Shown: positions 26,643 through 36,531 of the stretch, piece by piece
Layout of the letters: each line of letters begins with the position of its first letter
Position numbering within the stretch: the first letter of the stretch is position 1
NCBI GenBank assembly: GCA_018061025.1
Contig: JAGOUY010000005.1
Span: forward strand, 11,377-75,376
Source: Patescibacteria group bacterium
GTDB taxonomy: Bacteria; Patescibacteriota; Patescibacteriia; 2-12-FULL-60-25
Direction of reading: 5' to 3'
DNA length: 64,000 nucleotides
Notes under the pieces: model-generated
What the model was told of the DNA's origin: nothing
Databases searched by the model: none
What the model saw: the letters and a program-made list of their open reading frames with translations, nothing else
Translations under genes and position numbers: made by a program

Positions 26643-28043
26643 ATGGACTTGCAAGCACTTTGGCAGTCTGCCCTCGGTGAGATCGAGCTCACCTTATCTA
26701 AGGCCAATTTTACGACCTGGTTTCGCAATACCTTCATTAGTTCGTATGAAAATGGACGGATCGTAGTGGCGGTGCCAAATACGTTTACAAAATCTTGGCT
26801 GGAGCGCAAATACCATGATGCAATTGCAAAAGCGTTGCGTTCGGCCTGTCCGCAACCGATCCGAGAAATCCACTATCGTGTCGAGGTACGCAATACAACG
26901 GTACTTCCGATTGAGCATTTAGCCGAACCGGCTCCTTCTCCCGGCATGGAACAGGAAATGAGCCAGGCTTCGGGGGCGGAGGGATCTTTTGAGCCGACCA
27001 CTCGTGCGGCAGAGCTAGGGCTTAACCCACGCTATACCTTTCCGCAGTTTATTGTGGGGAAAAATAATGAGTTGGCTCATGCGGCCTGTATGGCGGTGTC
27101 GGCAAAGCCGGGGCAAGCGTACAATCCTTTATTTATTTATGGAGGGGTTGGGATGGGAAAGACCCATTTACTGCAGGCGATCGGGCATCATGTCTGCCGG
27201 GACAACAATAATGCCAAGGTGCAGTATGTGACCTGTGAACGATTTACGAATGAGTTTATCCAAGCGGTACGGAGTGGGGCGGCGTCGGATTTTAAGGATC
27301 GTTACCGAACGGTGGATGTGCTTTTGATTGATGATATTCAGTTTTTGACGGGAAAAGAAGGGACGCAGGAGGAATTTTTTCATACGTTTAACACCCTACA
27401 CCAGAACAATAAACAGATCGTCATTGCGTCTGACCGCCCACCAAAGGATATCCAGACCCTAGAAAGCCGTCTTCAGTCGCGCTTTGAGTGGGGCATGATG
27501 ATTGATATCACCAAACCGGATTTTGAAACGCGGGTAGCCATTTTGGAGGCTAAGTCACGTGAGAAGAGTTACCCGCTTTCGACGGAAATCTTGCATATGA
27601 TGGCGGGAGCGATCCAGTCGAACATTCGTGAATTAGAAGGGGCGCTCAACAAGATCATTGCCTACCATCAGTTTAAAAATATCCAGCCTAGCTCGGGCTC
27701 TATCCAGCCTTTGCTCCAGAGCTTTACGCCGACCATTACAAAACGAACGGTGAGTCCACGCTTATTGATTGAAGCGGTACGCGGACACTATGACATCACG
27801 CATGAGCAAATCGTCGGCAAAAGTCGTGAACAACGGTTTGCCTTGCCACGCCAAATCGCGATGTATCTTCTACGCGAAGAGACAAAATGCTCTTTCCCCA
27901 CCATTGGGGATCATTTGGGCGGACGCGATCACACAACAGCCATGCATGCGTGCGAAAAGATTACACACCTTATCCAGAACGATACACAGGTGAAACAGGA
28001 TATCACGCTTATTTTAGAGCATCTCTATAACTCTGCGGCGTAG
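26643..28043 (+). CDS. dnaA: chromosomal replication initiator DnaA
   Basis: Walker A GGVGMGKTHLL and DDIQFL. C-terminal DNA-binding signature IGDHLGGRDHTTAMHA. Confidence 0.97.
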   Translation: MDLQALWQSALGEIELTLSKANFTTWFRNTFISSYENGRIVVAVPNTFTKSWLERKYHDAIAKALRSACPQPIREIHYRVEVRNTTVLPIEHLAEPAPSPGMEQEMSQASGAEGSFEPTTRAAELGLNPRYTFPQFIVGKNNELAHAACMAVSAKPGQAYNPLFIYGGVGMGKTHLLQAIGHHVCRDNNNAKVQYVTCERFTNEFIQAVRSGAASDFKDRYRTVDVLLIDDIQFLTGKEGTQEEFFHTFNTLHQNNKQIVIASDRPPKDIQTLESRLQSRFEWGMMIDITKPDFETRVAILEAKSREKSYPLSTEILHMMAGAIQSNIRELEGALNKIIAYHQFKNIQPSSGSIQPLLQSFTPTITKRTVSPRLLIEAVRGHYDITHEQIVGKSREQRFALPRQIAMYLLREETKCSFPTIGDHLGGRDHTTAMHACEKITHLIQNDTQVKQDITLILEHLYNSAA

Positions 28044-28368
28044 ACCTGTGGGTTTGTTTGGGAAAGCTGGGGGCGGGCTGTGTAGTCGGGAAGTGGGTGC
28101 GTTTGGGAGGAGAACTTGTCCGCAGGATATCCGTGGTTATCCCGGCGGCTCACACAGATGACTGTGGAGGTAATTCTGCAATATCTGCTTTAAAGAGCTG
28201 GGTTTTTGCCGCTTCTCCACATCTCCACATGGCTTATTACTATTACTTCCGTTTTATACACTTAACCCAGTCTATCCCTAAGCCTCCCCTTACTTGTGGA
28301 AAGCCTAGGACTTGAAGGGAAGACGCCTATAGGTCAGGATGAGACGAACCTATCTTATTGCCACGACT
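28044..28368. other. candidate oriC segment in the dnaA-dnaN spacer
   Basis: TTCTCCACA at 28213-21 (8/9), ATCTCCACA at 28221-29 (7/9), TGTGGAAAG at 28296-304 (7/9), and an AT-rich stretch at 28231-28266. Confidence 0.5.
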
Positions 28369-29502
28369 ATGATATTTGCCTGTACCCAAGAGAACCTGCT
28401 GCAAGGGCTTTCCCTGGTTGGCCATATTGCGGGAAAGAGTGCCAACCTACCGATTTTAGCGAACGTCCTTATGAAGGTGGAGGAAGGGACGCTAAAATTA
28501 AGTACGACGAATTTAGAAATGGCGGTATCGGTAATTGTGCGTGGTCGAGTTGATCAACCTGGGGAGTATACGGTGCCAGCTAAATTGTTACAGGACTACG
28601 TGTCCTTGTTGCCTGCGGGAAAAGTCGAGATGAGCGTGACGGAAGAAGGGCTTAAGATTAGCGCGGATGATAAGGTGACAACGATTAAAGGGATGCCCGC
28701 GTCGGAGTTTCCCTTGATTCCAAAATTAGCGCGAGATGGAGCGTATCGGTTTCAGGCGGAGCTTTTGAAGCAAGCGATTGGACAGGTGGCGTTTGCCGTG
28801 TCGAGTTCGGAATCGCGACCTGAGTTATCGGGGGTGTCTTGTGTCTTTCATGGGGAAGAGCGGCCGGATACTCTTTTAATGGCCGCGACAGACTCTTATC
28901 GTTTATCTGAGCGTGTCGTGACGATGGCTCAGGGGGGCAACACGCGTTCGGCGCGCTGTATTGTGCCTGCGAGAGCTCTGGGCGAGATTGGACGCATCCT
29001 GTCGGCGTATAAGGACGATGTAGGGGTACCAGAGGTGGTGGAGTGGTCGATCACGGAGAGCCAATTGGTATTCTCGTACGGAAATGTGGAATTAGTGTCG
29101 CGGTTGATTGAGGGATCGTTTCCTGATTACCGTCCACTTATCCCACAGCGGTTTAAGTCGACGTTTACGGTTCCACGTGTGGAGTTAGCGAAGGCGATTC
29201 GGGCAGCGAGTTTGTTTGCGCGCCAGGGGATCTATGACGTGTTGTTTGAGATGAAGACACCGAATGGATTGAGTATTTCCTCGTCTGATTCTGGGACGGG
29301 GGCGCATACGACGGTGCTTAAGGGTCAGTTGGAGGGGGACGGAAACAAAGTGACGCTTAACTTTAAATATGTGTCGGATGGATTGGCGGCGCTTGGGACG
29401 GACCAGGTAACGATTCGGATGATTGATGCCTTTAGTCCGGTCGTGCTTAGTTCTGAGAAGGCGGAAGGGTTTAAATATATTGTGATGCCGATCCGTCAAT
29501 AA
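28369..29502 (+). CDS. dnaN: DNA polymerase III beta sliding clamp
   Basis: Start taken at MIFACTQENLLQGL. A typical three-domain beta clamp ending in ..YIVMPIRQ. Confidence 0.92.
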   Translation: MIFACTQENLLQGLSLVGHIAGKSANLPILANVLMKVEEGTLKLSTTNLEMAVSVIVRGRVDQPGEYTVPAKLLQDYVSLLPAGKVEMSVTEEGLKISADDKVTTIKGMPASEFPLIPKLARDGAYRFQAELLKQAIGQVAFAVSSSESRPELSGVSCVFHGEERPDTLLMAATDSYRLSERVVTMAQGGNTRSARCIVPARALGEIGRILSAYKDDVGVPEVVEWSITESQLVFSYGNVELVSRLIEGSFPDYRPLIPQRFKSTFTVPRVELAKAIRAASLFARQGIYDVLFEMKTPNGLSISSSDSGTGAHTTVLKGQLEGDGNKVTLNFKYVSDGLAALGTDQVTIRMIDAFSPVVLSSEKAEGFKYIVMPIRQ

Positions 29503-29555
29503 AGATTGTCCACAAACGGGGATAGGCTGTGTAGAAAAACACGTACCATTCGTAC

Positions 29556-31268
29556 GTGTTTTTCTGTTCTGGTGTGCGTATTTCTGTTACGCTTGCGATG
29601 TTTTTTATGCTGTCTTTTCGACGTCGGGTTTGGATTGGGGTGTGCGCCCTTTTGTTTGTTATGGGGATGGCCGTGGCGTTTACCCGTCCGTTTGGGGAAT
29701 TTGCGCTGAATGATGACTGGATTTTTGCGCGGGCGGTGCGCGATTTTCAGGCGGAGAGCTTTCGCTTAGATCCGTTTATTGTGCCTGTGTTTATGGGGCA
29801 GTTGTTGTATGCGAGAGGGCTTGTGTCTGTGTTTGGGTTTAGCTTTACACTTCTTCATCTGTCTACGGTTTTGATTGGGATGGTTGGGATGGTTTGTTTG
29901 TATCGTTTACTCTCGTCTCGTCAGGGGGTGGTGGTTGCGCTCATAGCTAGTTTGGCCATCTTTTTTCATCCGCTTTTTTATAACGTCAGTTTTTCGTTCA
30001 TGACGGATGTACCGGCTTTGTCTTTTGCGGTGATCGCTGTATTCTTTTATTGGAAATGGTGGGAGTCGCCGCGCTTGCTATGGTTGTGGTTGGCTCAGAT
30101 ATTTGCCTTATATGCTGCCTGCATTCGCCAGAATTATGCGGCGGTGTTTGTGGCGTCTGTCTTCCTTCTGCTTATGCAGCCTGAGCGACGAAAGGCGCTT
30201 CAGGGATTTGTGGGTGGGTTTTTGCCGGCAAGTCTTTTGATGGGAGGTATCTACCTTTTTCTTCAGGGACGTGGATGGTGGCCGACGAATATTATTTCTT
30301 TTCATGTGTTCGAAGAGAAATCGATTCTGGTTCAGCATGTTAAAACGCAGGTCTTTTTTATTTTGCAGTATCTTGGGTTCTTTTTGATTCCGTTTCTTAT
30401 TCTCGCGAGTTCATCGTTATCGAGGACGCGGAAGTGGATTGCCCTTGTGTTGGCTGGGTTGGGAGTTGGATTAAACATGTTCCTTTTTTCTTTTTATGAA
30501 CTTACATTCCCATTCTTTGGAAATGTATGGACAAAGTTTGGGTTGGGTGTGCGTACCGACGTGTTGTCTGGGGTGCCTGAGGCGGCTTGGCCTGTGGCGT
30601 TTGGAGTTTTTTTGACGTGTGTGGCTGGGGCTGCGAGTGGTGTCCTCCTGTTCTTTTTGTTCGATCGCCTGTGGAGCTTATTGAGAAATGGGGTGGATCG
30701 GAGCTTGGAACCATCACGAGATCGAGGATTGAAGATTTTTTTGTTCGTTATTCTTCTGTCTCAGATCGCTGCGCTTTTATTGTTTCGAAGTTTTGACCGG
30801 TACTATTTAAGTTTGTTTGTTCCGATGCTTTTGTTGGTGAGCTTGTGGATAGAGCGGCCATTTTCGAGAGGAGTAATGAAGATCGCTATCCTGTGGGTTG
30901 GGTGTCTCGCGATTTTTTCTGTCATTGGAACGAGGGAATACCTCTCACTTACGAGGATAAGATGGATGGTCGCGCAAGAGCTTTTGCAAAAAGATGTGCC
31001 CGTTTTTATCATTGATGCCGGCTATGAATGGTTGGGATGGCATTGGTATAAAAAAGGGAATCCAGAGATCTTACCTTATTATAATCCAAGTATGCCTTGG
31101 TATATTACGACGTTAGTGCCAGATACGACGCGAGAATATGTGTTGTCTTATTCGCCTGTGTTAGAGGGGTATACGCTTCTTTCCGTCCATCCGTACGAGC
31201 GTCTTTTTCGCGCGAACGGAGAGCTGTATTTGTTAAAACAGAATTGGATGACAGAAGAAAAGAACTGA
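29556..31268 (+). CDS. polytopic GT-C type glycosyltransferase (ArnT/PMT-like)
   Basis: At least 10 TM helices, an early loop motif LNDDWIF and a soluble C-terminal domain. The family call comes from architecture only. Confidence 0.45.
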   Translation: MFFCSGVRISVTLAMFFMLSFRRRVWIGVCALLFVMGMAVAFTRPFGEFALNDDWIFARAVRDFQAESFRLDPFIVPVFMGQLLYARGLVSVFGFSFTLLHLSTVLIGMVGMVCLYRLLSSRQGVVVALIASLAIFFHPLFYNVSFSFMTDVPALSFAVIAVFFYWKWWESPRLLWLWLAQIFALYAACIRQNYAAVFVASVFLLLMQPERRKALQGFVGGFLPASLLMGGIYLFLQGRGWWPTNIISFHVFEEKSILVQHVKTQVFFILQYLGFFLIPFLILASSSLSRTRKWIALVLAGLGVGLNMFLFSFYELTFPFFGNVWTKFGLGVRTDVLSGVPEAAWPVAFGVFLTCVAGAASGVLLFFLFDRLWSLLRNGVDRSLEPSRDRGLKIFLFVILLSQIAALLLFRSFDRYYLSLFVPMLLLVSLWIERPFSRGVMKIAILWVGCLAIFSVIGTREYLSLTRIRWMVAQELLQKDVPVFIIDAGYEWLGWHWYKKGNPEILPYYNPSMPWYITTLVPDTTREYVLSYSPVLEGYTLLSVHPYERLFRANGELYLLKQNWMTEEKN

Positions 31269-31271
31269 AAC

Positions 31272-31310
31272 ATAATAATCCCCAGGTTTACGTAGCCTGG
31301 GGATTATTAT
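31272..31310. terminator. bidirectional terminator hairpin
   Basis: ATAATAATCCCCAGG tttacgtag CCTGGGGATTATTAT, lying between the convergent GT-C and PBP1A genes. Confidence 0.7.
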
Positions 31311-31315
31311 GTGGA

Positions 31316-34231
31316 TTAATTTGTAATAATGAGGGGGATGGATGTCGTATCAGTTGAGGCGCTTTCGTCTTGAGGAAAGCCGATGACTTGGAGTTGGTAG
31401 CCGCCGGCGGGTGGACCAAGAGGGATTCGGATCGAAACTTCGGTCGCCGTTGGAAGGGTTTCGCTGCCAGCTAAGCGATCAGCTCCATCTGTCCCTACGA
31501 ATTTTATGTCGAGACGTCGATAGCGGGTTGGTTCCGTGATGTTGAGGATGACGGTTTTAGGAAATGAGGCGCGTGACCAGGTCTCGCTAGCGCTTGGGGA
31601 CGTGATGAGTAGGTTGAGTCCGGGATCACGCTCGGCGGTTAATTGGATGGAGGTATTCGTTTGTCCGTTATTACCTACGTCATCGAAGGCGATGATGGTA
31701 AGTTCGTGCGTACCCGTGTCGATGGTGTTTGGGACGCGGGCTTGGATGGTCCAAGGAGCGGCTGCGGACGCACCGAGCAGGGTTCCGCCGATGCGGGCTT
31801 CGACGCGGACGATGGGTCTGGCGCTGCTTACGACGGGAGAGATGCTGAAGCCGCGTGAAGAGATCGTTTGGCTATTTGATGGTTGCAGGATGCTAACTTG
31901 AGGGCGGTTGGTAGGAACGTGGACATCGTCGTATTCGGTCGGAGGCGTTGAGCTCGTGTTCCAATTGTTGCGTGTGACCCATGACTGTACACCTGCTTCC
32001 CAGTTCCCGAATTGTGGGTCGCTGGCAGGATTGGTCGGCGCAGGACCGAGTGGATCGTCTTTGTCGATGTAGTAGAGAATGTTATGCGCTTCGCGATAGG
32101 TGCGAGCTTCAATAAATTCTGGCGGGGTGAGATCGGTGGCGCGTTTGCCGCTGATCTTGTCGATGTTGATCGTGGTTGAGGTTGTATAACCCAGGAGTGC
32201 GCCTCTGTTCGTCGTTGGCGGTTCTGGAGGGGTGAAGCGTTCAACGGGCGTGTTTTGAGTGGCACGACGCATGTAGGCCTGCCAAATAGGGGCTGCGACG
32301 GCGGAGCTATCGGCGCCGCGCTTCATTTCTTTGTTATCGTTATTACCAACCCAGACGACGGTCACGAGACTTGGGGTATAGCCGACGGTCCAGGCGTCGT
32401 GATAGTTGTTGGTGGTGCCGGTTTTGGCAGCGACGGGCCGATCAGGAAGGGTCAGGCTATTACGCGCTCCGAAGATATAGCTACGTGCGTCGTTGTCGGA
32501 CAAGACGTTGGACATGAGGCGGGCGATCTGTGGCTCTATGACTTGCGTACCGGCAGGTTTTTGCCATTCTTCCAGAACGTTTCCGTCCGGATCTTCGATT
32601 TTTAGGATGGCGCTGGTTGGATAGAGCGTGCCTTCATTGGCGAAGGTTGCGAAGGCGGCCGCGTGCTCGATGGGTCTTACTTCTCCTCCGCCTAAGACAA
32701 GGGCAAGGCCGAAGCGAGAACGGTTTTTAAAGGTGGTGTAGCCAAGTGTTTCGGCAAAATCTAGAGCGCGGGAAATGCCGACGAGGTATAGGGTTTTCAC
32801 GGCAGGGATATTGAGTGAGCCCTGCAAGGCTTGGCGCATGGAGATGGGGCCGTTTTCTTTGAGGTTATAATTTTTTGGTTCGTAAGGGGTCGAGTCTGTT
32901 TTGAAGGTGGTGTTTACATCCCACAGGATTGTTTGAGGGAGGAAGCCTTTCATGAAGGCGGCGGCGTAGACGATGGGCTTGAAGCTCGAGCCTGGTTGGC
33001 GTGGGTTGAGCGTTACATTGAACTCGCCGTCGATTTCATCACTGAAAAAATCTTTGGAACCGACCATACTCAAAATCTGTCCATTTTTTGGATCGAGAGA
33101 GATGAGAGCGGCATTCGTGAATTGGTATTGTTTGCCGCGCGCCTCTACGCCTTTTTTAATTTCTTCTTCCGCGGCTTTTTGCTTGTCGTAGTCGAGGGTG
33201 GTGATGACTTTGTAGCCGCCCTCCGCGGTTTGTTTGATGCCGTATTTGTTTTCTAACATGTTGCGCACGTACATGGAGAAATGAGGGGCTTCGATGTTGC
33301 TGAATTTTTTCGGAATAATTTTTTTCAAGGTTTCCACCTGCTTGGCGGCTTCCGCTTCGTCTTTGGTGACGTAGCCTTGTTCGGCCATGAGGTCGAGGAT
33401 GTAGTGCTGACGTACGACAAGACGAGGACGGTTGTCGCCGCTTAGGCCGGTGCCGTAGGGAGAGAAGAAGTCTGGACGTTGAGGGATGGCGGCCAGGAGC
33501 GCGGCTTCATCGAGAGTAATATCTTGAACTCCTTTGCCGAAGAAGGTGCGGGCGGCTGACTCTACGCCGTAGATGGTAGAGCCGTACGGGATTTCGTTGA
33601 GGTAGAGCTGGAGGATTTGGTCTTTGCTGTATGCGCGTTCGAGTTGGAGGGAGAGGATAAATTCTTTGAGTTTGCGGACGGGTGAACGCTTGTTATCGAG
33701 CACCGCGTTTTTGATGAATTGTTGGGTGAGGGTGGAAGTTCCTTGTAGGCGTTGGAATTTGAGGACGCTCATGCCGACGGCACGGATCAAGCCTTTCCAA
33801 TAGATGCCATGGTGCTCATAAAAGCCTTTGTCTTCGATGGAGACGGTGGCGTGCTGCATGATTTTTGGGATTTTATCGATGGTCACGAGGGTGCGTTTTT
33901 CATCGCCGTGAACCTCGAAGAGAAGGTGGGTGCCGGTACGGTCGTAGATTTTGGTGGATTGGGCGATTTGGCGGCTGCCGAGGGTGTTGGGATCGGGGAG
34001 ATCGCGACTGATCCAGGCGGCGAAGATGGTCAGACTTAAAACACCGACGGCCCCGAGGCTTAAAAAGACGATGACAAGGGTACGAATCCGGCCGGGGGCG
34101 GAAAAAAAGCGTTTGAGCGCAGACGGGCGCTTGGGAGAGGCTCCGGAGGCGGACGTGGTTACGCGTTTGGTGAGAAATGGCATAGTTTTTTGGCTAAAAT
34201 AAGGCTTATTTCGTGCTTTACCCATTGACAA
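31316..34231 (-). CDS. class A penicillin-binding protein (transglycosylase + transpeptidase) with C-terminal Ig-like extension
   Basis: GT51 motifs EDKGFYEHHG and RKLKE. Transpeptidase motifs SSFKP, SLN and KTGTT. About 250 aa of beta-rich C-terminal tail. Confidence 0.93.
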   Translation of the reverse strand: MSMGKARNKPYFSQKTMPFLTKRVTTSASGASPKRPSALKRFFSAPGRIRTLVIVFLSLGAVGVLSLTIFAAWISRDLPDPNTLGSRQIAQSTKIYDRTGTHLLFEVHGDEKRTLVTIDKIPKIMQHATVSIEDKGFYEHHGIYWKGLIRAVGMSVLKFQRLQGTSTLTQQFIKNAVLDNKRSPVRKLKEFILSLQLERAYSKDQILQLYLNEIPYGSTIYGVESAARTFFGKGVQDITLDEAALLAAIPQRPDFFSPYGTGLSGDNRPRLVVRQHYILDLMAEQGYVTKDEAEAAKQVETLKKIIPKKFSNIEAPHFSMYVRNMLENKYGIKQTAEGGYKVITTLDYDKQKAAEEEIKKGVEARGKQYQFTNAALISLDPKNGQILSMVGSKDFFSDEIDGEFNVTLNPRQPGSSFKPIVYAAAFMKGFLPQTILWDVNTTFKTDSTPYEPKNYNLKENGPISMRQALQGSLNIPAVKTLYLVGISRALDFAETLGYTTFKNRSRFGLALVLGGGEVRPIEHAAAFATFANEGTLYPTSAILKIEDPDGNVLEEWQKPAGTQVIEPQIARLMSNVLSDNDARSYIFGARNSLTLPDRPVAAKTGTTNNYHDAWTVGYTPSLVTVVWVGNNDNKEMKRGADSSAVAAPIWQAYMRRATQNTPVERFTPPEPPTTNRGALLGYTTSTTINIDKISGKRATDLTPPEFIEARTYREAHNILYYIDKDDPLGPAPTNPASDPQFGNWEAGVQSWVTRNNWNTSSTPPTEYDDVHVPTNRPQVSILQPSNSQTISSRGFSISPVVSSARPIVRVEARIGGTLLGASAAAPWTIQARVPNTIDTGTHELTIIAFDDVGNNGQTNTSIQLTAERDPGLNLLITSPSASETWSRASFPKTVILNITEPTRYRRLDIKFVGTDGADRLAGSETLPTATEVSIRIPLGPPAGGYQLQVIGFPQDESASTDTTSIPLIITN

Positions 34232-34327
34232 AATGGCAAAAATGGAGTATTCTATCTCTTCGAACCTTTGAGAGATCTGCCTAATACGTTGTGTTTTGCA
34301 GGCCCTCCAGAGGTTCTTTATTTCCCC

Positions 34328-34942
34328 ATGACTTTATCTTCCATTGGATTCCAAACGTTCAAGATTGCCTTAGCCTTATTCTCGCTGCTTTCTGTGTTTG
34401 CGTCCAGCGGTGCCTCGGCTAAAACGGTTTCGATTGCTTTGGCGGACAATGCCTATACCTCTACGAGTGCGGTGATTAGCCGTGCGTGGACGGAGGGTCT
34501 TGTGGCAAGTGGTGAAGTTGTGACGGAAGAAGAACCCGTCGAGGTTTCTGAAGTTGAAGCCCCTAAGACGATCAAGGTTTTGTATCGTGAAATGACGGCT
34601 TATACGTCTCGCGCCCAAGAAACGGATGATTCTCCTTGTGTGTCTGCGGATGGATCGATTGTGTTTGATGGGATGGTGGCTTCGAATGGCCTTCCCTTTG
34701 GCACCAAGTTTCGCATCCCTGACTATTACGGTGATAAAATCTTTGAAGTGCGTGACCGTATGAATGCGCGCTATACCACCCGTATTGATATTTGGATGGA
34801 TAACACCAAAGAGATGTATCAATGGGGATATAAGAAGAATGTAAAAATTGAAATTATCGAGATGGGGACGAATGCCCATCATTGGAATGATCCGGAGATG
34901 AAGATTGCTCGCAAGACGGATACGAAGTGTGGGCAAAAATAA
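34328..34942 (+). CDS. secreted 3D-domain (MltA/RlpA-like DPBB) protein
   Basis: Signal peptide. MTAYTSRAQETDDSPCVSADG...RIDIWMD is typical of 3D-domain proteins. Start re-set to MTLSSIG. Confidence 0.6.
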   Translation: MTLSSIGFQTFKIALALFSLLSVFASSGASAKTVSIALADNAYTSTSAVISRAWTEGLVASGEVVTEEEPVEVSEVEAPKTIKVLYREMTAYTSRAQETDDSPCVSADGSIVFDGMVASNGLPFGTKFRIPDYYGDKIFEVRDRMNARYTTRIDIWMDNTKEMYQWGYKKNVKIEIIEMGTNAHHWNDPEMKIARKTDTKCGQK

Positions 34943-34951
34943 GAAATACAT

Positions 34952-34988
34952 AAAACCTCTCCTAATAAATGGAGGGGTTTTTGTTTGA
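34952..34988 (+). terminator. rho-independent terminator
   Basis: CCTCTCC taataaat GGAGGGG followed by TTTTTGTTT. Confidence 0.65.
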
Positions 34989-35012
34989 TGTGGATGCCCT
35001 TCGGGCGGAAAA

Positions 35013-35197
35013 ATATATAGGCGATGGGCTCCGTTTGTCCGTTGTTTTTCTCCCGACTGAACTCGCATTCCACCACGAGCTCTTTATGGTGGACCGGAGC
35101 CGATGCCTGCAACCGCAAATCGAGCGCAACGGCATCGTCTCCTTGCTCAGACAGCAGTCGGGAGAAAAACAACGGACAAACGGAGCCCTAGATGAGG
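35013..35197 (+). ncRNA. hairpin element copy 2
   Basis: 5' flank ATATATAGGCGAT. Stem 35026-35059 pairs perfectly with 35155-35188 (34 bp). 3' flank TAGATGAGG. Confidence 0.6.
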
Positions 35198-35292
35198 AGA
35201 AAAGGGGAAATAAGTACGGGGCTTCACGGATTATGGGGAGTTTGTTAGGATCATGACGCTTACAATTCGATTTGCGACGACGACGGGGCTGT

Positions 35293-35318
35293 GCCCTGTC
35301 GCTCGTGAGCGACAGGGC
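35293..35318. repeat. 26-bp palindrome of the GTCGCTC-nn-GAGCGAC family
   Basis: GCCCTGTCGCTC gt GAGCGACAGGGC. Related copies are at 22100-22125 and 43930-43955. Confidence 0.8.
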
Positions 35319-35386
35319 GTGGTACTTCGTGCCACACCTCCTCGCTCGGAACCAAAAGCTTTTAGGCTTTTGTACACTCACTCGTC

Positions 35387-35461
35387 GGCGTGGTAGCCAA
35401 GTGGTAAGGCAAGGGTCTGCAAAACCTTTATTCGTGGGTTCGATTCCCACCCACGCCTCCA
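35387..35461 (+). tRNA. tRNA-Cys (GCA), CCA encoded
   Basis: Acceptor GGCGTGG pairs with CCACGCC. Anticodon loop CTGCAAA. T-arm GTGGG TTCGATT CCCAC. Terminator CACGG...CCGTG plus T7 follows. Confidence 0.92.
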
Positions 35462-35497
35462 AAAAAGATCACGGTTTATAGCCGTGTTTTTTTATTT

Positions 35498-35590
35498 CGT
35501 CATCCTTGACGTAGCGAAGCGAAGATCGAGGATCCATCCGATTCCGAGGTGATGGATCCTCGTGTCTCCGTATAACTTCGCACAAGGATG
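35498..35590. repeat. 93-nt composite inverted repeat
   Basis: CGTCATCCTTG pairs with CAAGGATGACG as the outer arms. GAGGATCCATC pairs with GATGGATCCTC as the inner arms. Confidence 0.8.
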
Positions 35591-35645
35591 ACGGGTAGTG
35601 GAGTTGTCGATTGTCTCAACAACCTCTTTTGCGTAGACTAGGGGT

Positions 35646-36437
35646 ATGAAGCGTTTGTTGATGGCTTTTGGATTGGTGGCGGGTATCTCGTTATTTGGAG
35701 CGGGGTGTTTGTCGTTGCCTCCTGTGGTGGTTGAACCTGCGCAGATGGTTGAGCGGAGTTTGGAGGTGACGCGGCAAGCGTTTGGGTCTGGGATTGAATG
35801 GGTGCGGGCGAATGTGGCGACGAGTACGGCGGGGCAGCTGTGGTTGTTTGGATTTGAGCAGGAGAAGTATCGTTTTGCGTTTGCGGCGGCGAGAAACCAA
35901 CTGCGCATGAGTGAATGGCGTGATACGTATGCTAGTGCCGTGGCGGGGATTAATGGAGTGTATTTTATGGAAGATATGCAATCGGCTGGGCTTTTCATGG
36001 GGGATGGGCATTGGCAGGTGAAGCGATTATTTGATGCGGATAAATCTGCTTTGATGAAGATTGGTGATCAGTTTGAGATTTTGGATACAGCGACGTCTGG
36101 GATTCGGCTCGCTGAACTTAAGGGCGGAGCGCAGACGTATCCGATTCTGATTAAAGATGGGAAAGAAATGCTAACCAGGGATACAGGCAAGGAAGCGCGG
36201 CGGTCTTGGGTGGGGACGGATCGAGACGGGCGGGTGTGGTTGGGGGTGTTATCTGATGGAGAAATAAGTTTGTATGGGCTTATGAAACGATTGATGGAGA
36301 TGGGAATTAACTGGGATATGGTGGTGAATTTGGATGGTGGGCCGTCGACGGGGATATTTGTAAAAGGTGAGGAGGGGGATGTGTTGAAAGAGACATTGGG
36401 CGGGGTGCCGAATGTGTTGTTGGTGGAGAGGAAATAA
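35646..36437 (+). CDS. phosphodiester glycosidase family (NAGPA/DUF2233-like) lipoprotein
   Basis: Lipobox LFGAGC. INGVYF and the C-terminal NLDGGPSTG motif. Confidence 0.6.
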   Translation: MKRLLMAFGLVAGISLFGAGCLSLPPVVVEPAQMVERSLEVTRQAFGSGIEWVRANVATSTAGQLWLFGFEQEKYRFAFAAARNQLRMSEWRDTYASAVAGINGVYFMEDMQSAGLFMGDGHWQVKRLFDADKSALMKIGDQFEILDTATSGIRLAELKGGAQTYPILIKDGKEMLTRDTGKEARRSWVGTDRDGRVWLGVLSDGEISLYGLMKRLMEMGINWDMVVNLDGGPSTGIFVKGEEGDVLKETLGGVPNVLLVERK

Positions 36438-36531
36438 AAAATTATTTTGGAATTGAAGACACACCCGGTTGGGTGTGTTTAGGAGGGGCGAAGGGGCGGG
36501 CGCACGCGACGGGTGCGTGAAGGGGGAGGGG

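Noticed and set aside
25899-26654. 251-aa track ORF spanning rnpA, rpmH and the dnaA upstream region
   Set aside because: It is an over-extension. The recognisable RnpA begins at the internal Met (26279), and the upstream portion overlaps the clearly real rpmH in another frame.
35492-35998. 168-aa minus-strand ORF overlapping the phosphodiester glycosidase gene
   Set aside because: The + strand product has a lipobox and the NLDGG family motifs. The minus-strand product has no features and starts inside a repeat.
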